A stretch of 40,900 bases of DNA from a virus. Of this stretch, positions 31,797-40,900 are shown piece by piece. A model generated the notes under the pieces. The model saw only the letters and a list, made by a program, of their open reading frames with translations. It did not search any database and was not told where the DNA came from. Positions within the stretch are counted from its first letter, which is position 1. Every line of letters starts with the position of its first letter. Where the stretch lies: the UHGV virus genome UHGV-0205053. The stretch is one strand, 5' to 3'. Both the position numbers and the translations under genes were made by a program.

Positions 31797-34273
31797 TGGC
31801 TTTCAGTTGGATACAGCCGAGCTTTGCCGGTGGCGAGATTGGCCCATCCCTGTACGGGCGCATCGATATGTCGAAGTATCAGGTTGCGCTGCGTAAGTGC
31901 GACAACTTTATTGTCCGTCAGTATGGCGGGGTGGAGAATCGCCCGGGAACGCGCTTCGTCGGCGAAGCCAAATACCCGACGCGCAAATGCCGTCTTATTC
32001 CTTTCCAGTTCTCAACCGTCCAGACTTATGCGCTGGAGTTTGGGCACAACTACATGCGCGTTATCAAAGACGGTGCGTATGTTCTGAACAGCAGCAATGT
32101 GATCTACGAACTGGCTATGCCGTATGCAGAGGCCGACCTGTTCCGCATTAAATTCACGCAGAGCGCCGATGTGCTTACCCTGGTTCACCCGGCCTACCCG
32201 CCGAAGGAGCTGCGCCGTTACGCGCACGACAACTGGCAGATCGTCGATGTCACCACAAAAAACGGACCGTTCGAAGATATCAACGTTGACGAGTCAGTGA
32301 AGGTATACGCAAGCGCCAGTACCGGGACCATTACGCTGACGGCCAGTTCTGCCATCTTTGGCGCTGAGCAAGTCGGTAAGCTGTTTTATCTCGAACAGCC
32401 GGCGGTTGATTCCGTTCCCGTATGGGAGACCAGCAAGACCACCGCTATCAACGATGTGCGCCGCGCCGACAGCAACTACTACCGTGCCAATACTTCCGGC
32501 AAGACCGGGACCCTGCGGCCTTCTCACACGGAAGGCATGTCCTGGGATGGATGGGGCGGAACCGGGGATAGTGATACCGGAATCCAGTGGGAATACCTGC
32601 ACAGCGGTTTCGGGATCGTGCGAATCACCGCAGTTGCTGGTGGTGGGCTGACTGCCACTGCTACGGTGATCAGCTATATTCCGTCACAGGTGGTTGGTTC
32701 TGCAAACGGCAGCTATAAGTGGGCGCGATACGCATGGAACAGTGTTAACGGCTACCCGAGCACCGTTGTCTATTATCAGCAGCGCCTGTATTTCGCCGCC
32801 TCTACCGCGTACCCGCAAACCATCTGGGCGAGCCGGACCGGTGACTATAAAGACTTTGGCAAAAACAACCCGATTCAGGATGACGACCGCATTATTTACA
32901 CCTATGCAGGTCGGCAGGTAAATGAGATCCGCCATCTGATTGATGTTGGTACTTTGGTTGCGCTGACATCTGGTGGGGAATATGCGATTTCAGGAGACCA
33001 GAATAAGGTCCTGACGCCTTCAGCCTTCTCGTTCAGTTCTCAGGGCAACAACGGATCCAGCAACGTACCACCTATCGCAGTGGCAAACATCGCTCTGTTC
33101 ATTCAGGAGAAAGGTAGCGTGGTACGTGATCTGGCCTACTCGTTCGACGTCGACGGGTACCAGGGCACCGACCTTACCATACTGGCAAACCACCTTTTCC
33201 AGAAACGAAGCATCGTTGACTGGGCGTTCTGCATCGTTCCTTACAGCAGCGCGTTCTGCATTCGTGACGATGGGAAGTTGCTGGTGCTGACCTACCTGCG
33301 AGATCAGCAGGTATTCGCCTGGGCGCCGCAGTCCAGCACCGGTAAGTACGAAAGCACCTGTTCCATCAGCGAAGGCAGCGAGGACGCCGTTTACTTCGTG
33401 GTTAACCGTACCATCAACGGCCAGACGAAACGTTACATTGAACGGCTTTCCAGCAGACTATTTACCAGTGATGAAGATGCTTTCTTTGTCGATTGCGGAC
33501 TGAGCTATGACGGACGCAATACCTCAACACGTACTATGACCATCAGCGGCGGCAGTGGTGACTGGAGCTATCAGGTTGACTACCCGGTGACTATCAGCGG
33601 CGGGGCATATTTCGTGGGCACTGACGTTGGCGCTCAGATCCAGTTCCCGTACACAGAGACGGATCCTGATACCGGCGAAGTGGTGACGAAAGAATTGCGT
33701 GGCGACATTATCTCCGTAACGAGTAATACCGCCGTGGTTGTGCGCTTCAACCGTAACGTACCCGCGGTACTGCGCACTGTGGCCACAACTAACTGGCAGA
33801 TAGCCCGCCAGACCTTCAGCGGTCTGTCACATCTCGAAGGCCAGACAGTCAACATCCTCTCAGACGCCAGCGTTGAGCCGCAGAAAACCGTATCTGGCGG
33901 TGCTGTCACGCTGGAGTCTCCTGGCGCGGTAGTGCACATCGGGCTGCCGATCACCGCTGAATTCGAAACGCTGGACATCAATATCAACGGGCAGGAAACA
34001 CTGCTGGATAAAAAGCAGGTGATCCCCACAGTCACGATGGTGGTAAACGCCAGCCGAGGCATCTGGGCAACGACTCCTGGAGGAGAATGGTACGAGTATC
34101 CGCAGCGAGAATTCGAGTTCTACGACGATCCGGTTGATGACGCTACCGGGAAGGTGGAAGTGAAGCTCGACAGCAACTGGGATAAGAACGGACGCGTTAA
34201 GGTGCGCCAGCTCGACCCACTGCCGCTTTCTGTTCTGGCGGTCCTGCCGCGATTGACTGTCGGGGGATTCTGA
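31796..34273 (+). CDS. Tail tubular protein B (T7 gp12-like)
   Basis: 825 aa, immediately after gp11-like. Size and position fit. Confidence 0.55.
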   Translation: MAFSWIQPSFAGGEIGPSLYGRIDMSKYQVALRKCDNFIVRQYGGVENRPGTRFVGEAKYPTRKCRLIPFQFSTVQTYALEFGHNYMRVIKDGAYVLNSSNVIYELAMPYAEADLFRIKFTQSADVLTLVHPAYPPKELRRYAHDNWQIVDVTTKNGPFEDINVDESVKVYASASTGTITLTASSAIFGAEQVGKLFYLEQPAVDSVPVWETSKTTAINDVRRADSNYYRANTSGKTGTLRPSHTEGMSWDGWGGTGDSDTGIQWEYLHSGFGIVRITAVAGGGLTATATVISYIPSQVVGSANGSYKWARYAWNSVNGYPSTVVYYQQRLYFAASTAYPQTIWASRTGDYKDFGKNNPIQDDDRIIYTYAGRQVNEIRHLIDVGTLVALTSGGEYAISGDQNKVLTPSAFSFSSQGNNGSSNVPPIAVANIALFIQEKGSVVRDLAYSFDVDGYQGTDLTILANHLFQKRSIVDWAFCIVPYSSAFCIRDDGKLLVLTYLRDQQVFAWAPQSSTGKYESTCSISEGSEDAVYFVVNRTINGQTKRYIERLSSRLFTSDEDAFFVDCGLSYDGRNTSTRTMTISGGSGDWSYQVDYPVTISGGAYFVGTDVGAQIQFPYTETDPDTGEVVTKELRGDIISVTSNTAVVVRFNRNVPAVLRTVATTNWQIARQTFSGLSHLEGQTVNILSDASVEPQKTVSGGAVTLESPGAVVHIGLPITAEFETLDININGQETLLDKKQVIPTVTMVVNASRGIWATTPGGEWYEYPQREFEFYDDPVDDATGKVEVKLDSNWDKNGRVKVRQLDPLPLSVLAVLPRLTVGGF

Positions 34274-34737
34274 TGATTAAAGCTCAGATCGTACCGGCCA
34301 CCGCAGCGCATATCGAAGCCATGCTCCCGCATGTCCGCCAGGCTGACGTTGATGAATTTCTGGCGACAAACGGGTGGAGCCCGCGCCGCGTGCTTGAAAC
34401 CGGTCTGCGCACGTCAACATTTGCCTGTGCCGGTCTGATTAACGGTGAGGTGGTGACCATCTTTGGTGTGGCCCCGGCATCAATGATCGGCGGTAACGGT
34501 ATCCCCTGGCTGGTGGGCACCGACGCGCTGGAGAAATATCAGCGCACTTTCCTGCGCCGCTGCGGGAAAGTGGTCAATGCAATGCTGGCTGTTTACCCGT
34601 ATCTTGAAAACTATGTTGATGCCCGCAACCACACAGCGCGTATCTGGCTGCACTGGCTTGGATTCACCATTGAAGAACCACAGCCGTACGGCGCTCACGG
34701 TCTTCTGTTTCATCGCTTCCACATGGAGAGAAAATAA
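34273..34737 (+). CDS. Putative internal virion or assembly protein
   Basis: Position equivalent to T7 gp13. SD GGGGGA. Confidence 0.3.
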   Translation: MIKAQIVPATAAHIEAMLPHVRQADVDEFLATNGWSPRRVLETGLRTSTFACAGLINGEVVTIFGVAPASMIGGNGIPWLVGTDALEKYQRTFLRRCGKVVNAMLAVYPYLENYVDARNHTARIWLHWLGFTIEEPQPYGAHGLLFHRFHMERK

Positions 34738-35276
34738 TGTGCGAACCCACCACAATTTTAGCCGGTGCGACGCTCGCGGCAGGCGCATTGTCAGCCTACA
34801 ACCAGTATGAGACAGGCAAATATTCTGCCGCTGTTGCTGAGCAGAATGCGGATGTGGCAGAGGCTCAGGCGCAGGACTCGATTAACCGTGGCAATGCCCA
34901 GGCCGAGGAAGTGCGCCGCCGTAATCGTCAGGCTGCCGGGACACAGGCGGCGACAATGGGTGCCACCGGCGCTGACCTCTCAACCGGTAACGCTCTGGAT
35001 ATCTTCGGAGATACCGCTCAGTTCGGCACGCTGGATGCTCTGACGACCGTTAACAACGCCCAGCGCGAGGCTTACGGCTATCAGGTGCAGTCCGCCAACT
35101 ATGACGCCCAGGCGGTATCCGCGCGTAAGCAGGGGAATATGGGGGCGATGACAACGCTGCTCACAACGCCGATACAGGCTTACGGAGCCTATCAAATGGC
35201 TGGCGGTACGTGGTCGCCATTCTCACAGAAGGCAGCTCCTATCAGCGCAGCTGTCGGCACGCCAACCGGTCGATAA
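34737..35276 (+). CDS. Putative internal virion protein (gp14-like)
   Basis: Ala/Gln-rich. Position equivalent. Confidence 0.35.
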   Translation: MCEPTTILAGATLAAGALSAYNQYETGKYSAAVAEQNADVAEAQAQDSINRGNAQAEEVRRRNRQAAGTQAATMGATGADLSTGNALDIFGDTAQFGTLDALTTVNNAQREAYGYQVQSANYDAQAVSARKQGNMGAMTTLLTTPIQAYGAYQMAGGTWSPFSQKAAPISAAVGTPTGR

Positions 35277-35288
35277 GGAGATATCGAA

Positions 35289-37982
35289 ATGCCAACAGTA
35301 CCAACAGTCAGCGGGCGCCAGGTTGAAAGCCGCGGATTCCAGTCTCCCGGATTTCAGGCATTAGAACAGCCGAATGTCGGCGACGTCATTTCTCAGGTCG
35401 CGCCAAAGGCGATCGACATGTTCGCGCAGGCCAAGCAGCGGGCAAACGTGGCTCTTTCACAGGAGGCCAGCTTAAAGCTCAGTCAGGCCGAAGAGGATTT
35501 AAAGACCCAGCTTTACAGCCTGAAGGGCCAAAACGCCATCGGTAAGGGTCAGGAGTTTACGCAGCAATATGATGAGCAGATCCAATCCCTGGCCTCGTCG
35601 CTACCTGATGACGCATCGCGCCAGATGTTCATGCAGCAGGCGCAGCAGCAGCGCATCCAGTTTCAGGGAAACGTTGGCCGCTACGAGCAGGGGCAGGTCA
35701 GCGAGTTTGAAGGCAATCAATACGATGCCACCAGACAGTTGCAAATCCAGAAAGAGGCTGATGCGTGGAATAATCCCCAGGAAGCTATTCTCGCAAAGAA
35801 TATTCGCACAGTAGCAACAGCGAGATTCGGTGCCTCAAGGGGTTGGTCGCAGGAGCAGATTCTGGCTGCCATTGAAAAAGATAACCTTGCCGCCACTGAG
35901 ATGAGAGCTAAAAACTATGCAGTTGATAACCCGCTTGGGTGGATGAACGGTGAGTTTTCAGCAGATGATACTGGTGGTCTGGATATGCGATCTGTAGGTA
36001 TCGTCGAGTCAGGTGGTAAGCATCTTAATTCAGACGGGTCAATTGTCACTTCTTCAGCTGGTGCTCAGGGCCGTTTCCAGTTAATGCCTGAAACAGGCAA
36101 AGAACTGGCCGCACGGCGTGGGCTGAAGTACAACCCGGCAGACGAGCAGCAACACACCATGCTGGCCTCGGATTACGCGCAGGAACTGTCAAACAAGTAT
36201 GGCTCTGAATTACTGGCTGGAGCAGCATATAACTGGGGGCAGGGCAATGTTGACAAACTTATTGAGAAGATCGGTGATCCAAGAAAAGGAGAGATATCCC
36301 AAGCCGATTTCATAAAAAAACTACCATCTGAAACGCAGGGTTGGATTTCACGATACCGTAAAAATAAAACCGGTATGGATCCAGTTACCGTTAATCAAAT
36401 TGATAATCTTGCAAACGCTCAGATTGAGAAGCAGAGAAAACTGGTACTTAATGAGCTCGAACCGCTGCTCAACAATACAATGGCTCAACTCAATAATGGC
36501 GAAGTCCCTGATGCCGTTCCTTCTATCCCGGCGATTATGTTTGGCTACGGTGAGCAAGGGAAAAAAATGGTATCGAAGCTCGATATCGCTATGGACAATG
36601 CAAAAACTTTCCAGGCAATTCAGTACCTTTCTCCAGAACAGCAGCAGCAGGAATTACTCAAAAAGAAACCAGAGGTAAATGACCCTGAATATGCGCTCAA
36701 ACTCGATGCGTATGGCAAGCTAGGCGCGCTGGTGCAGAAAAGTAATGAAGCGATACAGGCGCAGCGTGATGCCCGTCGTTTTAACGAAGCGCTGTCTATG
36801 GGCGAGAAACTCGACCCTACCAATAAATCCATGCAAAAAGCCGCCGACGCCACGCCAACGGCGCAAAACTTCCGGATTAACGACGCCACCACCCATGACG
36901 GGATTGTGCAGCAGGTGGCCCAGACCGGGATCATTCCTTCGCAGGTAACCACCCAGTTATCGGCGATATCCCGCGCGCGCAGTCCTGAGGCGGTCCGTCA
37001 GGGGGCTGAGTTATTTAATCGCCTCTATGACGCAGACCCAGCATCTGTCGGCGAAATGCCCAAGGATATGCAGGGATTTTATCTCACCGTTAAGCAGCTA
37101 ACTGATTCTGGCATGGCACCTGAATCAGCTATAGAACAGGCTCATAACCTCTCATACAACCAGACCGATGCGCTCAAAGCGCAACTGGCATCAACCCAGA
37201 GCACAAAGGAATATAAAAAAGACCGGGCTAAGGCAATGGATTCAGCCGTAAGCAATATGTCTCCCTGGTATAGCTTTGGCGGACCATCGGCAGATGACTC
37301 AACTCCAGATGCTGCAAGATTCAGAAATGATTATCAGGCGCTGTACGACATCAATTACCGCACCACCGGCGGTAATGCGGATGCGGCCAAAAAAATGACT
37401 AACCAGCAGATCGCCCGCACATGGAGCATCAGCGAAGTTAATGGCAGCGCGAAGTTGATGAAATATGCACCAGAGGCGCTTTATAACTATGGGCCTTCTG
37501 GATGGCAGGCAGAGCAGTGGAAGGCAGATAAAGAGCAACTGATGTATGGCGACCGTAAGGTAGACATCACTACAAGCCCGACACAACTCGGGATCACCTC
37601 CGGCAACTCAGCACCTGTTACCAGTAAAACGCCGGAGTCGCGTATTGGCGGCGAACTGGAGATTACCCCTGATGTGCTGACGGCCCGCAATGGAGATTAC
37701 GCCATTATGGTGCGAACAAAAGATAAGGATGGTATTGAGGCGGTACAGCCGTTCTACGATTCTTACGGCAGGCCTATGCGGTGGAAACCCTCTTTGGATG
37801 AATGGGAGCCATATAAAAAATCTATACAGGAAAGAGAGCAAAAAGATCAGGAAGAAATCATCAAGGGTCAGGAAATTCGCGGCTTTAAAGATAAACACCG
37901 TGCAATTGATGAACAGTATCGCAGGTTCCACGATGATCGTGTTAATCGCTTCAAAAACTATTTCTCATGGAGTAATGAATAA
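35289..37982 (+). CDS. Internal virion or ejection protein with a lytic transglycosylase (SLT) domain
   Basis: SLT motifs ES (VESGG), GRFQLMPET and AYNWG are read. 897 aa. Confidence 0.7.
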   Translation: MPTVPTVSGRQVESRGFQSPGFQALEQPNVGDVISQVAPKAIDMFAQAKQRANVALSQEASLKLSQAEEDLKTQLYSLKGQNAIGKGQEFTQQYDEQIQSLASSLPDDASRQMFMQQAQQQRIQFQGNVGRYEQGQVSEFEGNQYDATRQLQIQKEADAWNNPQEAILAKNIRTVATARFGASRGWSQEQILAAIEKDNLAATEMRAKNYAVDNPLGWMNGEFSADDTGGLDMRSVGIVESGGKHLNSDGSIVTSSAGAQGRFQLMPETGKELAARRGLKYNPADEQQHTMLASDYAQELSNKYGSELLAGAAYNWGQGNVDKLIEKIGDPRKGEISQADFIKKLPSETQGWISRYRKNKTGMDPVTVNQIDNLANAQIEKQRKLVLNELEPLLNNTMAQLNNGEVPDAVPSIPAIMFGYGEQGKKMVSKLDIAMDNAKTFQAIQYLSPEQQQQELLKKKPEVNDPEYALKLDAYGKLGALVQKSNEAIQAQRDARRFNEALSMGEKLDPTNKSMQKAADATPTAQNFRINDATTHDGIVQQVAQTGIIPSQVTTQLSAISRARSPEAVRQGAELFNRLYDADPASVGEMPKDMQGFYLTVKQLTDSGMAPESAIEQAHNLSYNQTDALKAQLASTQSTKEYKKDRAKAMDSAVSNMSPWYSFGGPSADDSTPDAARFRNDYQALYDINYRTTGGNADAAKKMTNQQIARTWSISEVNGSAKLMKYAPEALYNYGPSGWQAEQWKADKEQLMYGDRKVDITTSPTQLGITSGNSAPVTSKTPESRIGGELEITPDVLTARNGDYAIMVRTKDKDGIEAVQPFYDSYGRPMRWKPSLDEWEPYKKSIQEREQKDQEEIIKGQEIRGFKDKHRAIDEQYRRFHDDRVNRFKNYFSWSNE

Positions 37983-40873
37983 TGCCTGTGTATTCCTCGC
38001 CAGAAGAACTGAGCAACGGATTTACTCCTGCTGGCAATGTTCTGCCAGAGCAGACAGGGTTTGATGTGCCTTTGCCTGAAGGAACCAACCCGGAGCCGCA
38101 GCAACCAGAACCATCGGTATGGGGCGCCGCCTTCCGCCAGAATAACCTTCTGGCCGAGATGTTCCGCCCGGCCAAGCAGTTTGAGTCGGTAGAATGGTAT
38201 AACCCTTATGCTGATAAAACCGAGCTGCACGGGTACGAACAATGGGGATCTGCTTTTGCTGATTCCCGTTCACCGGAAGAAACTGCCTGGCTTAAACAGC
38301 AGATTGACGACGAAAACGAGGACCGTCGGGTACTTTCAGAGGCGGGCGGGGAGGGTGTCCTGGCCAGTATTGCCGCCGGGGTTGTCGACCCGGTTACAGT
38401 CGCTTCGATGTTTATTCCCGGTGCTCAGGGCGGTACAGTGGCCCGTATCGCGTCACAGGCTGCTATCGGTGCAGCTGCAACAGCAGCGAGCGAGGTTGCG
38501 CTGAACAACCAACAGATCACCCGCACGTGGGGGGAGAGCGCTTCCCACGTCGCCGCCGGTGCGTTGATGAGCGGTGTATTTGCGGCTGCCGGTGCTGCGC
38601 TTTCGCCATCTGTCCGCACTGCGGCCACGCGTGAAGTGGCTGATGCGCTCGATAATATGAGTATCACGTCAGCGACGGACACGGCTGCTGCCTCGCTTCC
38701 CGAAGGTGGCAGCGTCGGCGCGGCGCGAATCAGTGAGGCCACGCTCGAGGATCTCACCCCGGCAGCTGGCGGACCGGTCGGTAAACTGGCACGTAAGGCA
38801 GGGAGCTATCTGACACCGTTTACCCGCCTGATGGAGTCACCGTCTAAAACCTCCCGCCGCACCGCGCTTGAGCTGGCAGAGAATAACTACACACTGCAGG
38901 GCAATGCCCGCGGCATTGAGACACCTATTGCGGCGGAAACCCGTGTTCGCGGGTGGCGTCGTGAAGAAGCTGCTGTCGTGGTGACCAACAAGCAGGCCTA
39001 CAGCCAGTATAAAGCCGCCGGGGGCGACCTGAGTTTTTCACAGTTCCGTGAGGAGGTAGGTAACGCCATGCGCAGCGGTGATGTGCATGCTAATCCGGTG
39101 GTGCAGGAAGCGGCGCAGGCAATGCGCACCGTTGTTAATCGGGTGAAAGTGGCACAGCAAAAGCTTGGCCTGTTGCCACCTGACGAGGAACTGAAAGCCA
39201 TCGGCCAGGAGAGTTATTTCCCTCGCGTGTACAAAGTCGGCAAGATTGTCAACGAGCGTGATAAATTCCGCGACATGCTGGTTGACTGGTGGTCGCGTGG
39301 TGAAAAAACCATGTCCCGCGAAGAGGCGGAAATTACGGCCGATGCCACGATTAATAAAATTGTCGGCGCAAAAATTCCCCAGGATTTCGCAAACGTCTTT
39401 ATGGTGAAATCGGCAGGAAGCACCCGGGCGCGTACGCTCAGTGTTCCAGATCGCCTGATGAAAGATTATCTGGAGAGTGACGCCAACTATGTGTTACAGC
39501 GACACATTCGCGAGGCATCGGCAGAGGTTGAGCTTACCCGTGCATTCGGTAACAAATCCCTGGAAAAGCAGCTCAAGGATATTCAGGACGAATACGATGC
39601 GCTGATGCGCCAGAATCCCAAAGACCAGGCAAAACTGGCGAAAGCCCGCGATAACGATATCCGGGATATCACAGCGCTACGAGACCGCCTGGCGGGCACC
39701 TATGGCATGCCTGACGATCCATCATCATTTTTCGTGCGCGCTGGTGCGTTTCTACGCAGCGCTAACTTTGTCACCAAGCTGGGCGGTATGACCGTTTCCG
39801 CTATTCCTGATCTTGCGCGCGGTGTGATGGTTAACGGGTTTGGCAATACCATGCGCGGCTACTCTTCGCTGATCACCCGATCACCTGCATTCAAGGCCAG
39901 CCGGGCCGAGCAGTTAAAAATGGCCGTCGGGCTGGAAACCATCCTCCACACCCGCGCACGCACGATGGGTGACCTTGTGGACAGTTCCGCCCGGACAACG
40001 GCAGTGGAAGCGGGTATGGAGCGTGTTACCGATGCGTTCGGCAAGCTCACGCTGATGGGTCACTTCGATGACATGAACAAATCGGTAAACGGTATGATCA
40101 CGTCCGACGGTATTCTTTCCGGCGCATTCACCGGCCGCCGCCTGGCTAAGCTCGGCATTAACGATAATATGGCCGCACGCATCCGCGGCGAATTTGAAAA
40201 ACACGGCGAAGTAATCGATGGCTGGCATATCGGCAATTTTGAAAAATGGGACGATCAGCACGTTGCAGGCGTTTTCCAGTCTGCGGTGCTCAAAGACGTT
40301 AACAATACCGTTATCACTCCGGGGATCGGCGATACACCACTGTGGGCCAGTACGCCGCTGGGTAAAACCATCTTCCAGTTTAAATCCTTCGCCACTGCAT
40401 CCTATAACCGAGCGACGTTGGGCGGCCTGCAGGAGGGAACCGGTCAGTTTTATTACGGCACCGCATTCCAGATTGCATTGGGAGCACTGACGTACGCGCT
40501 TAAACAGTCTGCAAACGGTAAAGAGGTAGACTGGTCGCCGCAGAAACTTGCTATTGAGGGGATTGACCGATCAGGTATCCTCGGTCCTCTGATGGAATAC
40601 AACAATATGGCTGAGAAGGCTACCGGGGGTATGGTTGGCCTTGGGGCGCTACTCGGAACCGGCACGCAGTCGAGATATGCCAGCCGTGGTTTTATTGGCT
40701 CTGCCCTTGGGCCAACGTTCGGTCTGCTGGACACTATTACTGATGTGACTGCCGGGGTGCTGAATGGCGACGCTGGTGACCGGGTTCTGCATAACGTGCG
40801 TACACTTCTTCCTGGCAACAACCTGTTCTGGATTGCGCCATTGATAAACCAAGTGGATCCAGGGTTAAGGTAA
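37982..40873 (+). CDS. Large internal virion or ejection protein
   Basis: 963 aa, last gene of the morphogenetic module. Its N-terminal 32 aa are copied in the 79-aa protein at 1286..1525. Confidence 0.55.
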   Translation: MPVYSSPEELSNGFTPAGNVLPEQTGFDVPLPEGTNPEPQQPEPSVWGAAFRQNNLLAEMFRPAKQFESVEWYNPYADKTELHGYEQWGSAFADSRSPEETAWLKQQIDDENEDRRVLSEAGGEGVLASIAAGVVDPVTVASMFIPGAQGGTVARIASQAAIGAAATAASEVALNNQQITRTWGESASHVAAGALMSGVFAAAGAALSPSVRTAATREVADALDNMSITSATDTAAASLPEGGSVGAARISEATLEDLTPAAGGPVGKLARKAGSYLTPFTRLMESPSKTSRRTALELAENNYTLQGNARGIETPIAAETRVRGWRREEAAVVVTNKQAYSQYKAAGGDLSFSQFREEVGNAMRSGDVHANPVVQEAAQAMRTVVNRVKVAQQKLGLLPPDEELKAIGQESYFPRVYKVGKIVNERDKFRDMLVDWWSRGEKTMSREEAEITADATINKIVGAKIPQDFANVFMVKSAGSTRARTLSVPDRLMKDYLESDANYVLQRHIREASAEVELTRAFGNKSLEKQLKDIQDEYDALMRQNPKDQAKLAKARDNDIRDITALRDRLAGTYGMPDDPSSFFVRAGAFLRSANFVTKLGGMTVSAIPDLARGVMVNGFGNTMRGYSSLITRSPAFKASRAEQLKMAVGLETILHTRARTMGDLVDSSARTTAVEAGMERVTDAFGKLTLMGHFDDMNKSVNGMITSDGILSGAFTGRRLAKLGINDNMAARIRGEFEKHGEVIDGWHIGNFEKWDDQHVAGVFQSAVLKDVNNTVITPGIGDTPLWASTPLGKTIFQFKSFATASYNRATLGGLQEGTGQFYYGTAFQIALGALTYALKQSANGKEVDWSPQKLAIEGIDRSGILGPLMEYNNMAEKATGGMVGLGALLGTGTQSRYASRGFIGSALGPTFGLLDTITDVTAGVLNGDAGDRVLHNVRTLLPGNNLFWIAPLINQVDPGLR

Positions 40874-40900
40874 TGGTCTAATTGTCAGCGTGAAAATAAA

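Noticed and set aside
1-40900. tRNA, tmRNA, rRNA or CRISPR array, including a tRNA-type attB remnant next to the integrase.
   Set aside because: I found no cloverleaf-compatible sequence (no GTTCGANTC T-loop with a CCA-proximal acceptor stem) and no repeat-spacer periodicity on either strand.

Overview
The window reads as a nearly complete, circularly permuted genome of a temperate podovirus (probably an enterobacterial phage or prophage; GC falls sharply in an AT-rich island at 6.6-7.5 kb). I saw no tRNA, rRNA or CRISPR array.

Gene order, start to end:
- Accessory 'sie-like' locus (13-1525): a lipoprotein, then on the minus strand a glycine-zipper peptide with an overlapping membrane protein, then a 79-aa protein whose N-terminus copies the last ejection protein.
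- immI-like module (1543-3197): an Mnt-like and an Arc-like ribbon-helix-helix repressor, divergently transcribed, and a full-length Ant antirepressor.
- One unknown gene, then a LexA-box-controlled small paralog of the Ant C-terminal domain (3671-3970).
- Tailspike with a T7 gp17-like N-terminus and a beta-helix (4127-6553), followed by a 3'-truncated O-antigen acyltransferase remnant.
- Lysis cassette (7502-9299): two holin-like proteins, a GH19 endolysin, Rz with Rz1 embedded.
- Candidate attP repeats and a P4-type tyrosine integrase (9300-10846).
- Leftward early operon (10843-14434, minus strand): MT-A70 adenine methyltransferase, a possible PerC/ANR-like regulator, an AlpA-like protein, RecT, a PD-(D/E)XK exonuclease, and small proteins.
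- A CI-like repressor that has tandem HTH domains and no S24 peptidase domain, divergent from a Cro-like gene (14586-15561).
- Rightward early operon (15713-22043): a C5-cytosine methyltransferase, an O-like replication gene with internal iterons, a DUF1064-like nuclease, and unknown genes.
- A second LexA box in front of a UmuD'-like protein (22081-22450).
- TerS and TerL, an opposite-strand moron, a 0.9-kb ORF-poor region, then a T7-type morphogenetic module (26053-40873): gp6.7-like, portal, scaffold, capsid, tail tubular A and B, and internal/ejection proteins including one with a lytic transglycosylase domain.

The most unusual signals:
- A TTACC-N5-GGTAA palindrome repeated at 10 or more promoter-proximal sites across the genome.
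- Two consensus LexA boxes in front of two different small candidate antirepressor or SOS-modulator genes, one of them a catalytically dead UmuD' look-alike that begins exactly at the UmuD cleavage point.
- A membrane-anchored mimic of the ejection-protein N-terminus in the position where P22 carries sieA.
- A GTGAC-N2-GTCAC palindrome hugging three gene 3' ends.
- A 14-mer shared between the Pant and Pcro regions.
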